From: a virus | Taxonomy: Duplodnaviria; Caudoviricetes | DNA length: 64,000 nt | Strand: one strand, 5' to 3' | IMG/VR virus record: IMGVR_UViG_3300025936_000023 | Location: 5,622 to 69,621 of that record | Part shown: positions 56,261 to 64,000 of the stretch, in pieces | Layout: each line of letters opens with the position of its first letter | Numbering within the stretch: the stretch's first letter is position 1 | Notes under the pieces: model-generated | Database searches by the model: none | Told to the model about the DNA's origin: nothing | The model's input: the letters and a program-made list of their open reading frames with translations, nothing else | Translations under genes and position numbers: made by a program

Positions 56261-56500
56261 CTAGCTGTTCGCTGCAGTCTCGTGCGCGCAGCGTACCGAC
56301 TCGCCGTACTCGATTAGAGCGGCTTCGATGATGAGCGTTAGACCGAGCCAGCAGTCTCTGTCGATATAAGGCCGAGTAGAAAGGAAGTTGTCTGCTGCTC
56401 GCTTAGCGATTTCGGACGGCTCGGTCGTTGTTGCCGGCTTGCTCTTGTAGACGACGCCTAGAGGACTACCGAGCGGCCATCCAGTTGTCTCGTCGCTCAT
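56261..56500 (-). CDS. Hypothetical protein
   Basis: ATGA coupling. Confidence 0.55.
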   Translation of the reverse strand: MSDETTGWPLGSPLGVVYKSKPATTTEPSEIAKRAADNFLSTRPYIDRDCWLGLTLIIEAALIEYGESVRCAHETAANS

Positions 56501-56838
56501 CGACCGCCTGTCCTTCGGTTTTGCCCCTTCGCTCGCCTCACCCGCTGTAACTTCTTAGTCGCCCTCGTCGCGGCTCGCCGCTTAGCCGTCTTGGTGGCCT
56601 TGGCGGCGGCCAACTGCTCTGCGCGTCGCCACCGTACTCGCCGCTGTGGCGTGCCTTGCCGGCGCGGCTGGCCTTTGGTGGCGGCGACGCTCTCGGTGAG
56701 AGCTTTCCACAGCTCTCGGAGCTTAAGCGCTCGCCAGAGCTTTAGACGAGAGGGCGACGGCCGGCCGGCGTTGGACGGGCGGTCCACTACCAGCGCTCCA
56801 GGACTTTGTCGTTCTCGTCTAGCGGCACCCACCAGCAT
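56497..56838 (-). CDS. Basic hypothetical protein
   Basis: Arg/Lys-rich; start uncertain. Confidence 0.4.
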   Translation of the reverse strand: MLVGAARRERQSPGALVVDRPSNAGRPSPSRLKLWRALKLRELWKALTESVAATKGQPRRQGTPQRRVRWRRAEQLAAAKATKTAKRRAATRATKKLQRVRRAKGQNRRTGGR

Positions 56839-57287
56839 TCGTAGCCGTGGAGCACCGAGCCGTCATCGAGCGTAATCACAACGCCTAAGTCGTCGGTCTC
56901 TCTCGCTGTACCTCGCTTGCCGATATGCGGTCGACTAGCCTCCGGTGTCTTGGGCAACAGCCTTTCGTTGCCGAGAGTACCGATTGCCGTGCTGGCTTGG
57001 TCGACATCGACGATCTCGCAACGAGTCGGGTAGACGATCTCTGAGCTGCCGCCGTCTTCGTCGACCTCAGCCATTGCAGCGTCGATGGCGTCTCGCACGC
57101 TACTGTGCCACTCTTTAGCTTCCACAAAGAATGACGTGCTGATATCGCACGGCTCGTCGCCCGGCGGTACGTTCTGCATGCCGCACGACGACACAGCCCA
57201 GTGTCCGTTGTCGTCTTCTACGAGGCCGATGCCGGCGTGTGTGCCGTGCTCTTGAAGCCAGTCGAGGCGTTCGGTGTCTGTCGGCAT
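56787..57287 (-). CDS. Hypothetical protein (166 aa)
   Basis: DTERLDWL motif common in phage early proteins. Confidence 0.65.
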   Translation of the reverse strand: MPTDTERLDWLQEHGTHAGIGLVEDDNGHWAVSSCGMQNVPPGDEPCDISTSFFVEAKEWHSSVRDAIDAAMAEVDEDGGSSEIVYPTRCEIVDVDQASTAIGTLGNERLLPKTPEASRPHIGKRGTARETDDLGVVITLDDGSVLHGYECWWVPLDENDKVLERW

Positions 57288-57293
57288 AGACGA

Positions 57294-57692
57294 CTACGCC
57301 AACGCCTCACGAATCACTTCGTAGTTGACGGTCTTCGGCTTCTTGCCGCCGAGCTTGCCAACCGCCACCCACGGTCCCATCGCCTTCGCGATCTTGGCGC
57401 CGAACAGCTTCTCGGGAGCCGCTTCGCCGTTCTTGATGCGGCGCAGCTGAGCCTCGAACCGACGCCAGTGGCCGCGCTTCAGCCAGTTGCTGCTCAGCTC
57501 GCCGCAGTTGCAGAGGCAAAGGCCAACACGCGGCCGGCCACCGTCGCCGTTCGCAGCCGATACCGTCTTCGCCGCCGTCGTCCGCATCACCGGCTTGCCG
57601 AGCTTGGGTGCAGGCGCCGACTTCTCCGCTCGCGCCGTCTTCTTGTCCTTCGCCTTCCCTTTCGCCGCCTTCGTCTTGCCTTTGACGGTCAT
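57294..57692 (-). CDS. Lys/Ala-rich protein with CxCxCG motif
   Basis: AGAGGAG RBS; KGKTKAAKGKAKDKK; CLCNCGE...GH. Confidence 0.7.
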   Translation of the reverse strand: MTVKGKTKAAKGKAKDKKTARAEKSAPAPKLGKPVMRTTAAKTVSAANGDGGRPRVGLCLCNCGELSSNWLKRGHWRRFEAQLRRIKNGEAAPEKLFGAKIAKAMGPWVAVGKLGGKKPKTVNYEVIREALA

Positions 57693-58058
57693 GTTGGCTC
57701 CTCTATCGTCGGTTGACCGCTGACTGCTGTCTTCTGCGCTTGCCGCTACTGCCGAGGCTGCCGACACTGGCATATCGTGTGGCCGCTTGTCAAGCGTCGG
57801 TCGCTTATCGGTTGCCGCCTGCTTACCGCCTACCTCATCTTGTGCTGGCGCCGGCTCGACACACCACAGGTAGTCAGCCGACCACGACTTCTCCACTACT
57901 GGCAGTCGCCGCTCGGCGTGCTCTCGGGTAGCGAAGCGCTCGGCACGATAGACCAGCTGACCGCCGACTAGGCTGTTGATCGAGGTGGCGAGACCGGCTA
58001 GGCTGCCGTCGTGGTCGTAAGCGGCGATGACGAACTCGTGACCGGCCGCGTTACTCAC
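57294..58058 (-). CDS. Upstream in-frame ORF reading through into the Lys/Ala-rich gene
   Basis: GTGA-coupled start at 58058; no stop before 57294. Confidence 0.5.
   Translation of the reverse strand: MSNAAGHEFVIAAYDHDGSLAGLATSINSLVGGQLVYRAERFATREHAERRLPVVEKSWSADYLWCVEPAPAQDEVGGKQAATDKRPTLDKRPHDMPVSAASAVAASAEDSSQRSTDDRGANMTVKGKTKAAKGKAKDKKTARAEKSAPAPKLGKPVMRTTAAKTVSAANGDGGRPRVGLCLCNCGELSSNWLKRGHWRRFEAQLRRIKNGEAAPEKLFGAKIAKAMGPWVAVGKLGGKKPKTVNYEVIREALA
57764..57793 (-). promoter_or_regulatory. Promoter candidate with palindrome over the -35 box
   Basis: TTGACA (57793-57788), 18 nt, TG-n-CAGTGT; perfect CGCTTG-n-CAAGCG at 57784-57796. Confidence 0.5.
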
Positions 58059-58303
58059 TTTAGAGTCCTGCCGTCGTCGTTGCCGTCTATCGGAGAGAGC
58101 TTGCACGACACTCTCGGCGGTTCGATAAAGCCGTACTTGCCGATTTCTTGCATCGACAGCCAGTTCACCACGACCTTGTTCCATCCCGGCATGCGGACCA
58201 TATACGGGTCTATCGCTCGCTTTGCGACAAGCGTGCGTCCGAGATGATCACGAAGGACGACCGTCTCCACGACATAAGCGTTGCTCACTTCGACTTCCCC
58301 CAT
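58055..58303 (-). CDS. Hypothetical protein
   Basis: ATG after AAGGA. Confidence 0.5.
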   Translation of the reverse strand: MGEVEVSNAYVVETVVLRDHLGRTLVAKRAIDPYMVRMPGWNKVVVNWLSMQEIGKYGFIEPPRVSCKLSPIDGNDDGRTLK

Positions 58304-58515
58304 TCCTTGTCGTCGACTCGCCACGATAGCACTCCTGGCACCGGCGGATACCCGCACAGGCTACACCACTCGCACAGCTCGCCACGATAGCGGTAGCCGG
58401 GCTGCCACAGCACTCGCCGCTGCCACAGGCCGTCCCAGACGATATAGCGGCCGGGGACTGGTGGATGCTCGGCAGGCCAGTCGTGCCAGTCGCCGGAAGG
58501 ACGTCTAATCGTCAC
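58285..58515 (-). CDS. Hypothetical Trp/Cys-rich protein
   Basis: ATGA coupling. Confidence 0.5.
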   Translation of the reverse strand: MTIRRPSGDWHDWPAEHPPVPGRYIVWDGLWQRRVLWQPGYRYRGELCEWCSLCGYPPVPGVLSWRVDDKEWGKSK

Positions 58516-59360
58516 GGCCGTCTACTGCCCTGCCATTGCTGGACGTGCCGACCATGCGTGAACTTGTCTTGAGGACGGACGACACCGTTCGGATCGTGAC
58601 CTCTTGTTATTGGGTAGTCGGTACTGACTCTTCCTGTCGCGTAAAGGTTGACGCTCTCGACTTCGACGTAGTGGACATCCCAGTAAGTGACCTTTACGCC
58701 GCGCCAGTTGTACTGCGGCATACCGAGCACATGAGACTCGTAGATGTCTAGGTCGTTGATGGGATCACCGATACGCGGCTGACCGTAGGGCTCTCTCAGA
58801 TTGACAGCGACCACTCCCATATCAGAGACTCTATTGAGAGTGTTGTAAAGATCGCCGCTGTCGACGTTATCGGGGCCAAGAACTACGTTCAGCTTGAGCG
58901 GCCGATTACCGACAAGTCTCAGTATTCGAGGAAGGTCTGGCGGATCGCCTCCCATCATCTGGTTGTTGATTGCTTTGTCTAGACTGCAAACAGTCACCGA
59001 CAACTTATCGAACGACCACAGCTCGTAAGCCCTGCTTGCAGCTAGAACTCCGTTGGTACGCAGACCGAAGATCAGCCCTGGAATGCGTTCTAGCAGTCGT
59101 AGCTTCAGCTTGTCGATGTGGCGATAGAGCAGCGGCTCTGTGTTGGTGCCGGTCAGGTTGATCTCGCAGACTCCGTGGATCTGGCAGGCTTCTACGAAGT
59201 CGTCGAGTCCCGGCAGCGGCCAAGTGTCAAGTACGTTCAGCGGGTCGAGCGCCATCATGTGCTGGCCGATGCAGAAGTAGCACTGCCTATTGCAAGGGCC
59301 GCTGAGATGTATATTGCCGAACCAATGACTGAACGATCTTGTCGAGTTGAGGCAGCCCAT
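58512..59360 (-). CDS. Radical SAM protein
   Basis: CNRQCYFC (CxxxCxxC), INLTGTNTEP, LRTNG, KLNVVL. Confidence 0.88.
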   Translation of the reverse strand: MGCLNSTRSFSHWFGNIHLSGPCNRQCYFCIGQHMMALDPLNVLDTWPLPGLDDFVEACQIHGVCEINLTGTNTEPLLYRHIDKLKLRLLERIPGLIFGLRTNGVLAASRAYELWSFDKLSVTVCSLDKAINNQMMGGDPPDLPRILRLVGNRPLKLNVVLGPDNVDSGDLYNTLNRVSDMGVVAVNLREPYGQPRIGDPINDLDIYESHVLGMPQYNWRGVKVTYWDVHYVEVESVNLYATGRVSTDYPITRGHDPNGVVRPQDKFTHGRHVQQWQGSRRP

Positions 59361-59575
59361 TATCTCTCTCCTTGCGGCTTATCGCTTGCAGCCGACCAGG
59401 CCGGATCGCTCTCCCACTGCCGGCGAGTCCGCTCGTCTTCGGCGGTCGGCGTTGGCCGCTCGCGTCCTCTCTGCCGATAAGCCTCAGCAATCTGCCGCTT
59501 AAGCTCCCACTTGCTCAGCTTGCCACGGCGGCTACTACCGGCGTCGTTGCGGAACGTCTTGCCCACGGCCGTCAC
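59360..59575 (-). CDS. Hypothetical protein
   Basis: Coupled both sides; GGAGAG RBS for the next gene. Confidence 0.5.
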   Translation of the reverse strand: MTAVGKTFRNDAGSSRRGKLSKWELKRQIAEAYRQRGRERPTPTAEDERTRRQWESDPAWSAASDKPQGER

Positions 59576-59844
59576 CCTCGCGCACCAACAAACACATGGA
59601 AGACGAGGCCGCCGCCGTTGATCTGGTAGGTGCCGACGTAGTTCTTGTCGGCGTCGGTGGCAACGCCGTGATGGCCTGTACCGAAGGTCGAGAACTCGAC
59701 CTGCTCGTTCTCGGCGTCAGGGTCGACGAGCGCACACACGCACGGCTGCTCGCGCTGAACTTGAACGCACAGGATCTTGGCGTCGACTGGCATACTGATT
59801 CGTTGTCTGTCTATGATCTGGAGCGGGTACTTGTAAATAACCAT
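59572..59844 (-). CDS. Small phage protein
   Basis: IYKYPL...MP..A.IL.VQ.Q...GTGH...YVGT...VFHVF pattern. Confidence 0.75.
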   Translation of the reverse strand: MVIYKYPLQIIDRQRISMPVDAKILCVQVQREQPCVCALVDPDAENEQVEFSTFGTGHHGVATDADKNYVGTYQINGGGLVFHVFVGARG

Positions 59845-59850
59845 TGCCGT

Positions 59851-60303
59851 CTACTCCTCGCCGCCGTTGTCGCTTTCGCCGTCGCCGTCTTTCCCTCTCG
59901 CTCGCACCTGCCACCCCGGCTTACCCGTCACCATCGACGCTTCAACAATCGCCGGGTCGACCCCCTGCTCCAGCAGCTTCTCGCGCTTGAGCGTGCGTTT
60001 GCCGGGCATCTGGATCAACTGCCAGTCTGCCCCCACTACCTTCGCCAGCTTCAAGCCCTTGGCTATCGCCGCCATCTCGCCGACGATGGCCTTGCGCACT
60101 GCCGTGTCTTCGGCGATGCGGGCAGCCGTGTCGCGTTCGACGGTGCCTAGGCGAGCGAGCTTGCGGCGAGCGGCGAGGTCGCGGATGTCGTCGAGGGCGG
60201 TGGCGACGACGGCGTCAGCGTCGGCCTTGGCCTTAGACTTGGCCGACTTCTTCTTAGTCGCCATCGTCGACTTGGCCTTAGCTGCGACCGGCATCTTGCT
60301 CAC
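59851..60303 (-). CDS. Basic hypothetical protein
   Basis: GTGA coupling; Lys/Ala-rich N-terminus. Confidence 0.65.
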   Translation of the reverse strand: MSKMPVAAKAKSTMATKKKSAKSKAKADADAVVATALDDIRDLAARRKLARLGTVERDTAARIAEDTAVRKAIVGEMAAIAKGLKLAKVVGADWQLIQMPGKRTLKREKLLEQGVDPAIVEASMVTGKPGWQVRARGKDGDGESDNGGEE

Positions 60304-60821
60304 GAGACACTGTCCTTGCCGTTGTCTGCCGGTCCTGGCTCGTCGTCCTTGCCAAACTCGCCGCCGTTGTCGACGATGCGCTGCATGATGGCGCGGAGGC
60401 GAGCGTCTTTGTCCGGGTATTCATGGAGCCACCCAGTGCTACCGTAGAATCCTTCGTAGGATCGCTCGATGTTTTCGAGCTGGCGGCTTGAGAAAGTGCC
60501 CAATAGGGCGGCGTTACATTCTACACCGCCGGCATCGACTTCCATCCCGTAGACGTTCGCTTCGGCTCTGTCGTGCTTCATGGCGAACGCGACCATCATT
60601 GCTCCCTTGGCACAGACCTCGCACTTAGCGACGTTCTTGCCGGAGAGCAGCTTCTGGACATCAATGGTTTCGGTGCCGGGCTTCAGTCGCCGTTTCAGCT
60701 TGACCTCGAAGTACACCATCGATGCGGCCGTGATGCGCTTGGTGTCGAGGAGCTTGAGGACATCGAGTGCTACTTCGACGCGCGGATCGACTGCCTTCAC
60801 TGTTTCAACTTTCTCAGTCAC
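60300..60821 (-). CDS. Hypothetical protein (173 aa)
   Basis: AAGGAGG RBS; CEVCAKG; LRAIMQRIVDNGGEF. Confidence 0.7.
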   Translation of the reverse strand: MTEKVETVKAVDPRVEVALDVLKLLDTKRITAASMVYFEVKLKRRLKPGTETIDVQKLLSGKNVAKCEVCAKGAMMVAFAMKHDRAEANVYGMEVDAGGVECNAALLGTFSSRQLENIERSYEGFYGSTGWLHEYPDKDARLRAIMQRIVDNGGEFGKDDEPGPADNGKDSVS

Positions 60822-61194
60822 TGTCTGCCTCCTTTGTCTCTCGCTGCCAGCCGTCTGCCAAGTAGCCGTTGACTATCTCCTTGAGTGGTCGATGTTCTTG
60901 CTTGCGGAGCTGCGCCCAGTAAATCTCTTGGTCGCTGAGATAGACCACGAATCGGTTGTGCTTCACGTCCCAGTAGATTTCCGCCGGCCCGTTAGGCTCG
61001 CCAGTCCGCTCTCGACCGACTAGATGTGTCTCCAGCGTCTCGCCGTCGTCGCTGTAGTGGAGAATCCGCAGGCCGTCGTAGGGCGGGAACGGCAGTGCGA
61101 GGCTGCGCTCCAGCCAGACGTCCAGCGACGAGGCGCCAGCGAAACAGCCGTGGACTTGAAGCCGAAGAAGAACTTGGTAGCTTGGTGTACTCAT
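60814..61194 (-). CDS. Hypothetical protein
   Basis: CAGGAG RBS. Confidence 0.65.
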   Translation of the reverse strand: MSTPSYQVLLRLQVHGCFAGASSLDVWLERSLALPFPPYDGLRILHYSDDGETLETHLVGRERTGEPNGPAEIYWDVKHNRFVVYLSDQEIYWAQLRKQEHRPLKEIVNGYLADGWQRETKEADSD

Positions 61195-61292
61195 GTCGTC
61201 GCTCCTGGTTTGCGTACTCGCCTCCACCACCGAATCAGTGCCACACCGACCGCCGCTTCGACCACGCCACCGCAGACGAGGCAGGCGATCAC
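61191..61292 (-). CDS. Small membrane peptide, not in the ORF track
   Basis: GTGA and ATGA coupling; MIACLVCGGVVEAAVGVALIRWWRR. Confidence 0.45.
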   Translation of the reverse strand: MIACLVCGGVVEAAVGVALIRWWRRVRKPGATT

Positions 61293-61510
61293 GGGCGACC
61301 TCCGCGACTGCCACTATCGCCGGTTGGCGGTCTGACGATACAGTGGTCGGAGCCGCTCGGTATCGCTCGCCAGCCTTCGGCGACGGCACGCTCGACGGCC
61401 TTGCTATCGATCCGGTTGGCGACGAGCCCGCCTCCCTTGACACCTGCACCGCCGACTTCGTTTGTCGGTGCAACGGCGCGAAGATAGTAAGGAGGACGCG
61501 GTTCGCTCAC
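61289..61510 (-). CDS. Hypothetical protein
   Basis: GTGA coupling after GAGGAG. Confidence 0.45.
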   Translation of the reverse strand: MSEPRPPYYLRAVAPTNEVGGAGVKGGGLVANRIDSKAVERAVAEGWRAIPSGSDHCIVRPPTGDSGSRGGRP

Positions 61511-61737
61511 AGCTTCTGCTCCTCGACCCGCACGTCGTACACGCCGACGCCGAGATGGCGGCTCTTGATGCGCCATAGACCGCCGCGCAGCAACATCTCG
61601 CCGTCAGTTGACTGCAGCATCTCTTTGAGCACTTCACGCGATACCGCAGTGTGCGCGTACTTAGGCATGCTCGCTAGAAAGTTAAGCGCGCGGTCGGCTT
61701 CGGCCTTGACGGCGAGACTCTTGTCTCGCGCGTTCAC
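61507..61737 (-). CDS. Hypothetical protein
   Basis: GTGA coupling; IKSRHLGVGVYDV. Confidence 0.6.
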   Translation of the reverse strand: MNARDKSLAVKAEADRALNFLASMPKYAHTAVSREVLKEMLQSTDGEMLLRGGLWRIKSRHLGVGVYDVRVEEQKL

Positions 61738-62063
61738 GGCGAGGACTCCGACTGCTCGATGCCGACAGTGTCGGCCAGTCGCAGCGCAGCCTTAGCCTCC
61801 CACGCCACGTCGTCGGCTCGATCAGACGAATGCGTGCTGACTCCTGGCGCGTGCAGCGACACCCAGGTGAGGTACGGCAGTGCTTTGTCGAGAGCCTCGC
61901 GCAGCTTGAGAGCCGCCCACTCGACGCTGCGCTCGTTGGGCGCGTAGTCGTGGTAGATTGCCGCCTCTCCGTGCGTAAGCGGTTTCGGCGGTTGTTCGGT
62001 GTGCCGATAGTTGTCGGGCTTCCGTCTGCACTTGGCGCACGGCACCGCGAACGACTGGCTCAC
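61734..62063 (-). CDS. Hypothetical protein
   Basis: GTGA coupling after AAAGGA. Confidence 0.55.
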   Translation of the reverse strand: MSQSFAVPCAKCRRKPDNYRHTEQPPKPLTHGEAAIYHDYAPNERSVEWAALKLREALDKALPYLTWVSLHAPGVSTHSSDRADDVAWEAKAALRLADTVGIEQSESSP

Positions 62064-62455
62064 TTGAGCAGTCCTTTCTTGCGTGCGCGGTCTAACAGCG
62101 CCTGCTCGTTATCGTGCTCTTGGTTGCTCGGTCCTTCGGCTGCGCCGTGCCGGTTGTCGAGCGCTCGTGCCAGCTCGCTGCCGATAACTCTTAGCGCTTC
62201 GTGCGACTCGTAGATCCGGTGAATACGGAGAACGCCTCCAGCATCAATAACCGCTGGCACCCAATGATAGAGGTCGTAGAGACGACTCTTTACATCGTCT
62301 TCTGAGAGCACAGAGTCACTCGCTGCTGCCCTCACCATCACATCGTCGGCCGGATGCTCGGTAGAGGCGAGGACGCGGGTCGGCCATTCGCTGTGCAGCG
62401 TCTCGCCGACCAGTCGACCACCGAACCTGCGCGTGTCGTCATCGTAGGCGCTCAC
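62060..62455 (-). CDS. Hypothetical protein
   Basis: GTGA coupling after GGAGGT. Confidence 0.55.
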   Translation of the reverse strand: MSAYDDDTRRFGGRLVGETLHSEWPTRVLASTEHPADDVMVRAAASDSVLSEDDVKSRLYDLYHWVPAVIDAGGVLRIHRIYESHEALRVIGSELARALDNRHGAAEGPSNQEHDNEQALLDRARKKGLLK

Positions 62456-62631
62456 GGCTGTCTCACCTCCCAAGTCGACACTTCGTACATGCTCGCATCA
62501 TCCACACCAGACAACCAATTCGGGTCGGCCCTCTTCAGCTCTTCCCTGATCTCGACGGCCAGTTGAGAGTCGGCAAGGATCTTGCCGCCCATATGCTCGA
62601 CCTCGACTTCGACAGTGAACGTGAATCGCAT
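62452..62631 (-). CDS. Small hypothetical protein with its own RBS and promoter
   Basis: GAGGA RBS; MRFTFTVEVEVEH. Confidence 0.6.
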   Translation of the reverse strand: MRFTFTVEVEVEHMGGKILADSQLAVEIREELKRADPNWLSGVDDASMYEVSTWEVRQP

Positions 62632-63150
62632 GGGCGGCGTCCTCGGTTGGCGGTTTGTCGTCGGCGGCAAGACTAGCACAGGCTGTCGTCGTCTGTCAAG
62701 CGAGCCGCCAACTGCCCTCGCAACATCCATCCTCTTCGCCGCCCTCACATGCCGTCTGCTCAACCCTGCCCGCCACGACGTCTTCACCAGCCTCGGCAGC
62801 AGCTCGTCCATGTCGCTGTCGTCGTCGATAATCACGAACGGCGGCGTGTGCGGCAACCGCCCCAGGTACTCGGCGATCTGGATGCCACGGTCGCTGCCCC
62901 ATCCTTTTGCCGTCTTGGCTACGACAGGCGCTCGCACACCCCACGAGTGCAGCAGCTCGTCGAGGTCTTCTACGGTCTTCCCCATTCGCCAGGTGCTCGA
63001 CACGACGATCATCGCGCCGGTCGCCGCACACAGCTCGTTCAGGCGAGCAACGCAGCGCGGAGTCGGCGACCGCATGTTGGGCGACTGTGGAGTGACGAGC
63101 ACGCCGTCTATATCGAGGAAGATCAGAGGTGGCAACGACGGCGCCATCAT
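62452..63150 (-). CDS. HAD phosphatase (Swiss Army Knife RNA repair-like HAD), ORF reads through into the next gene
   Basis: IFLDIDGVL, IVVSSTWR, RG.QI..YL, FVIIDDDSD. Confidence 0.85.
   Translation of the reverse strand: MMAPSLPPLIFLDIDGVLVTPQSPNMRSPTPRCVARLNELCAATGAMIVVSSTWRMGKTVEDLDELLHSWGVRAPVVAKTAKGWGSDRGIQIAEYLGRLPHTPPFVIIDDDSDMDELLPRLVKTSWRAGLSRRHVRAAKRMDVARAVGGSLDRRRQPVLVLPPTTNRQPRTPPMRFTFTVEVEVEHMGGKILADSQLAVEIREELKRADPNWLSGVDDASMYEVSTWEVRQP
62670..62699 (-). promoter_or_regulatory. Sigma70-type promoter
   Basis: TTGACA (62699-62694), 18 nt, TG-n-TAGTCT; shares CGCTTGACAGACGAC with the 46.9-48 kb promoters. Confidence 0.7.
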
Positions 63151-63704
63151 TCGTATCGCCACGCAGCGGCTCGCCCAGCATCGACAATCGTCTGCCACCA
63201 GACTGCAAGCGCCTCGTCTTTGACTCTCTGCACCGCTGCGGCAGCTGCATCTACGGAGTCAAAGCGACCGCAAAACCGATAGCCACCGACAGCAGCAAGT
63301 CTGCTTATCGCACCCTCGTATATATCACCTCTGCGAGTGACCCCGTAAGGCAAACCGCTTACACTTTCTCTTCCCATTCCTTTCATAGCCTTGTGCGCAT
63401 GGTTCTCGTCGTGCGACCCAGACCAAAGATGTGAGACTTCACAACATGCTTTGTTGTCGCCGTTGGGACAGTCGTGCAGAATCTGCGGTCGGTGTTCGGT
63501 TATTCTCTTTCCGGCAAGCAGCCAAGCTATGCGATGAGCCTTGCTGCACCGCATTGTCTTATCGGACCGACTACCAGTTACGAAAAGACCATAGCCGTTA
63601 GTGTCTTTAGCTCCACACCAAACCAAGCAGCCGGTCTTATCGTCTCTACGTAAGAACTTCTGAAAGCGTTGACGGTCAGAAGGCTTAAGAATCTCGCAGC
63701 TCAT
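63147..63704 (-). CDS. Free-standing HNH homing endonuclease
   Basis: GCLVWCGAKDTNGYG...AHRIAW...ILHDC...CCEVSHL...N; ATGA-coupled to the polymerase. Confidence 0.88.
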   Translation of the reverse strand: MSCEILKPSDRQRFQKFLRRDDKTGCLVWCGAKDTNGYGLFVTGSRSDKTMRCSKAHRIAWLLAGKRITEHRPQILHDCPNGDNKACCEVSHLWSGSHDENHAHKAMKGMGRESVSGLPYGVTRRGDIYEGAISRLAAVGGYRFCGRFDSVDAAAAAVQRVKDEALAVWWQTIVDAGRAAAWRYE

Positions 63705-64000
63705 AGTTGTCCCCACGTCGTCGCTTTGCCAGCCTCGGCGAGGCACGGCACCCGCATCGTCAACCCGTTGTGCTCGGTCAGCGCCTCTATCGTGAGCGCG
63801 GCCACTTCGTCGTACAACCGTTCGTCAAGCCTCAGCAGCAGAGAGTCGTGGATTGAGAGGCAGAGCTGAACGTTCTCGCCCGCCGCTTGCATACCGAGCA
63901 CGCGCGGGTACAACCACGCTAGCCCGTTCTGCAATAAGCCTTGCGCGCCTCCTTGGATCTTATGGTTAACGGCTTGTCGTTCAGCCTCAGCCACTAGCCG
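63701..64000 (-). CDS. Family A DNA polymerase, C-terminal end (runs off the right edge)
   Basis: AERQAVNHKIQG and motif C LSIHDSLL. Confidence 0.9.
   Translation of the reverse strand, partial: RLVAEAERQAVNHKIQGGAQGLLQNGLAWLYPRVLGMQAAGENVQLCLSIHDSLLLRLDERLYDEVAALTIEALTEHNGLTMRVPCLAEAGKATTWGQL

Larger units (their letters stand above)
1..64000. mobile_element. Tailed dsDNA bacteriophage genome (partial), siphovirus-like
   Basis: Contiguous TerS-TerL-portal-protease-capsid-neck-tail tube-chaperone-tape measure-lysis order on +; phage-type replication genes on -; no host housekeeping operons; no tail sheath. Confidence 0.97.

Noticed and set aside
1-64000. CRISPR array, tRNA genes, integrase, or DGR (reverse transcriptase with TR/VR)
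   Set aside because: No regularly spaced repeats, cloverleaf, recombinase motifs or reverse transcriptase seen by eye; tRNAscan and a repeat finder were not run
1-64000. Stop-codon reassignment
   Set aside because: TAA, TAG and TGA all end clearly recognisable genes and long genes are uninterrupted

Overview
The whole window reads as one GC-rich tailed dsDNA phage genome, probably a siphovirus of a diderm host, and it continues past both edges. It has two arms. The + arm (703-39619) carries terminase, portal, protease/scaffold, capsid, neck, tail, tape measure, tail tip and lysis genes. The - arm (39616-64000, plus 1-574) carries small early genes and a replication/recombination set: family A DNA polymerase (cut off at the right edge), DinG-like helicase, AAA ATPase, PD-(D/E)XK and ERCC4 nucleases, radical SAM, HAD and a methyltransferase-like protein. 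No integrase, tRNA or CRISPR array was seen. The strongest candidate for a new system is a 9.5 kb insert that splits the head-tail joining genes. It holds four consecutive signal-peptide-bearing, Cys-paired, fibre-like or beta-rich proteins, followed by an amino-sugar/glycosylation cassette (PLP aminotransferase, hexapeptide acyltransferase, three glycosyltransferases). Other notable signals: a promoter-driven, highly structured RNA of about 280 nt between terminase and portal; an acyl-carrier-protein look-alike whose pantetheine Ser is Glu; an apparently circularly permuted tail terminator; a methyltransferase lacking its catalytic motif; a family of TTGACA promoters, four placed to give leaderless mRNAs; a structured leader that hides the RBS of a lysis-module lipoprotein; and excess CGATAA hexamers. 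All protein assignments come from motifs recognised by eye, with no database searches.
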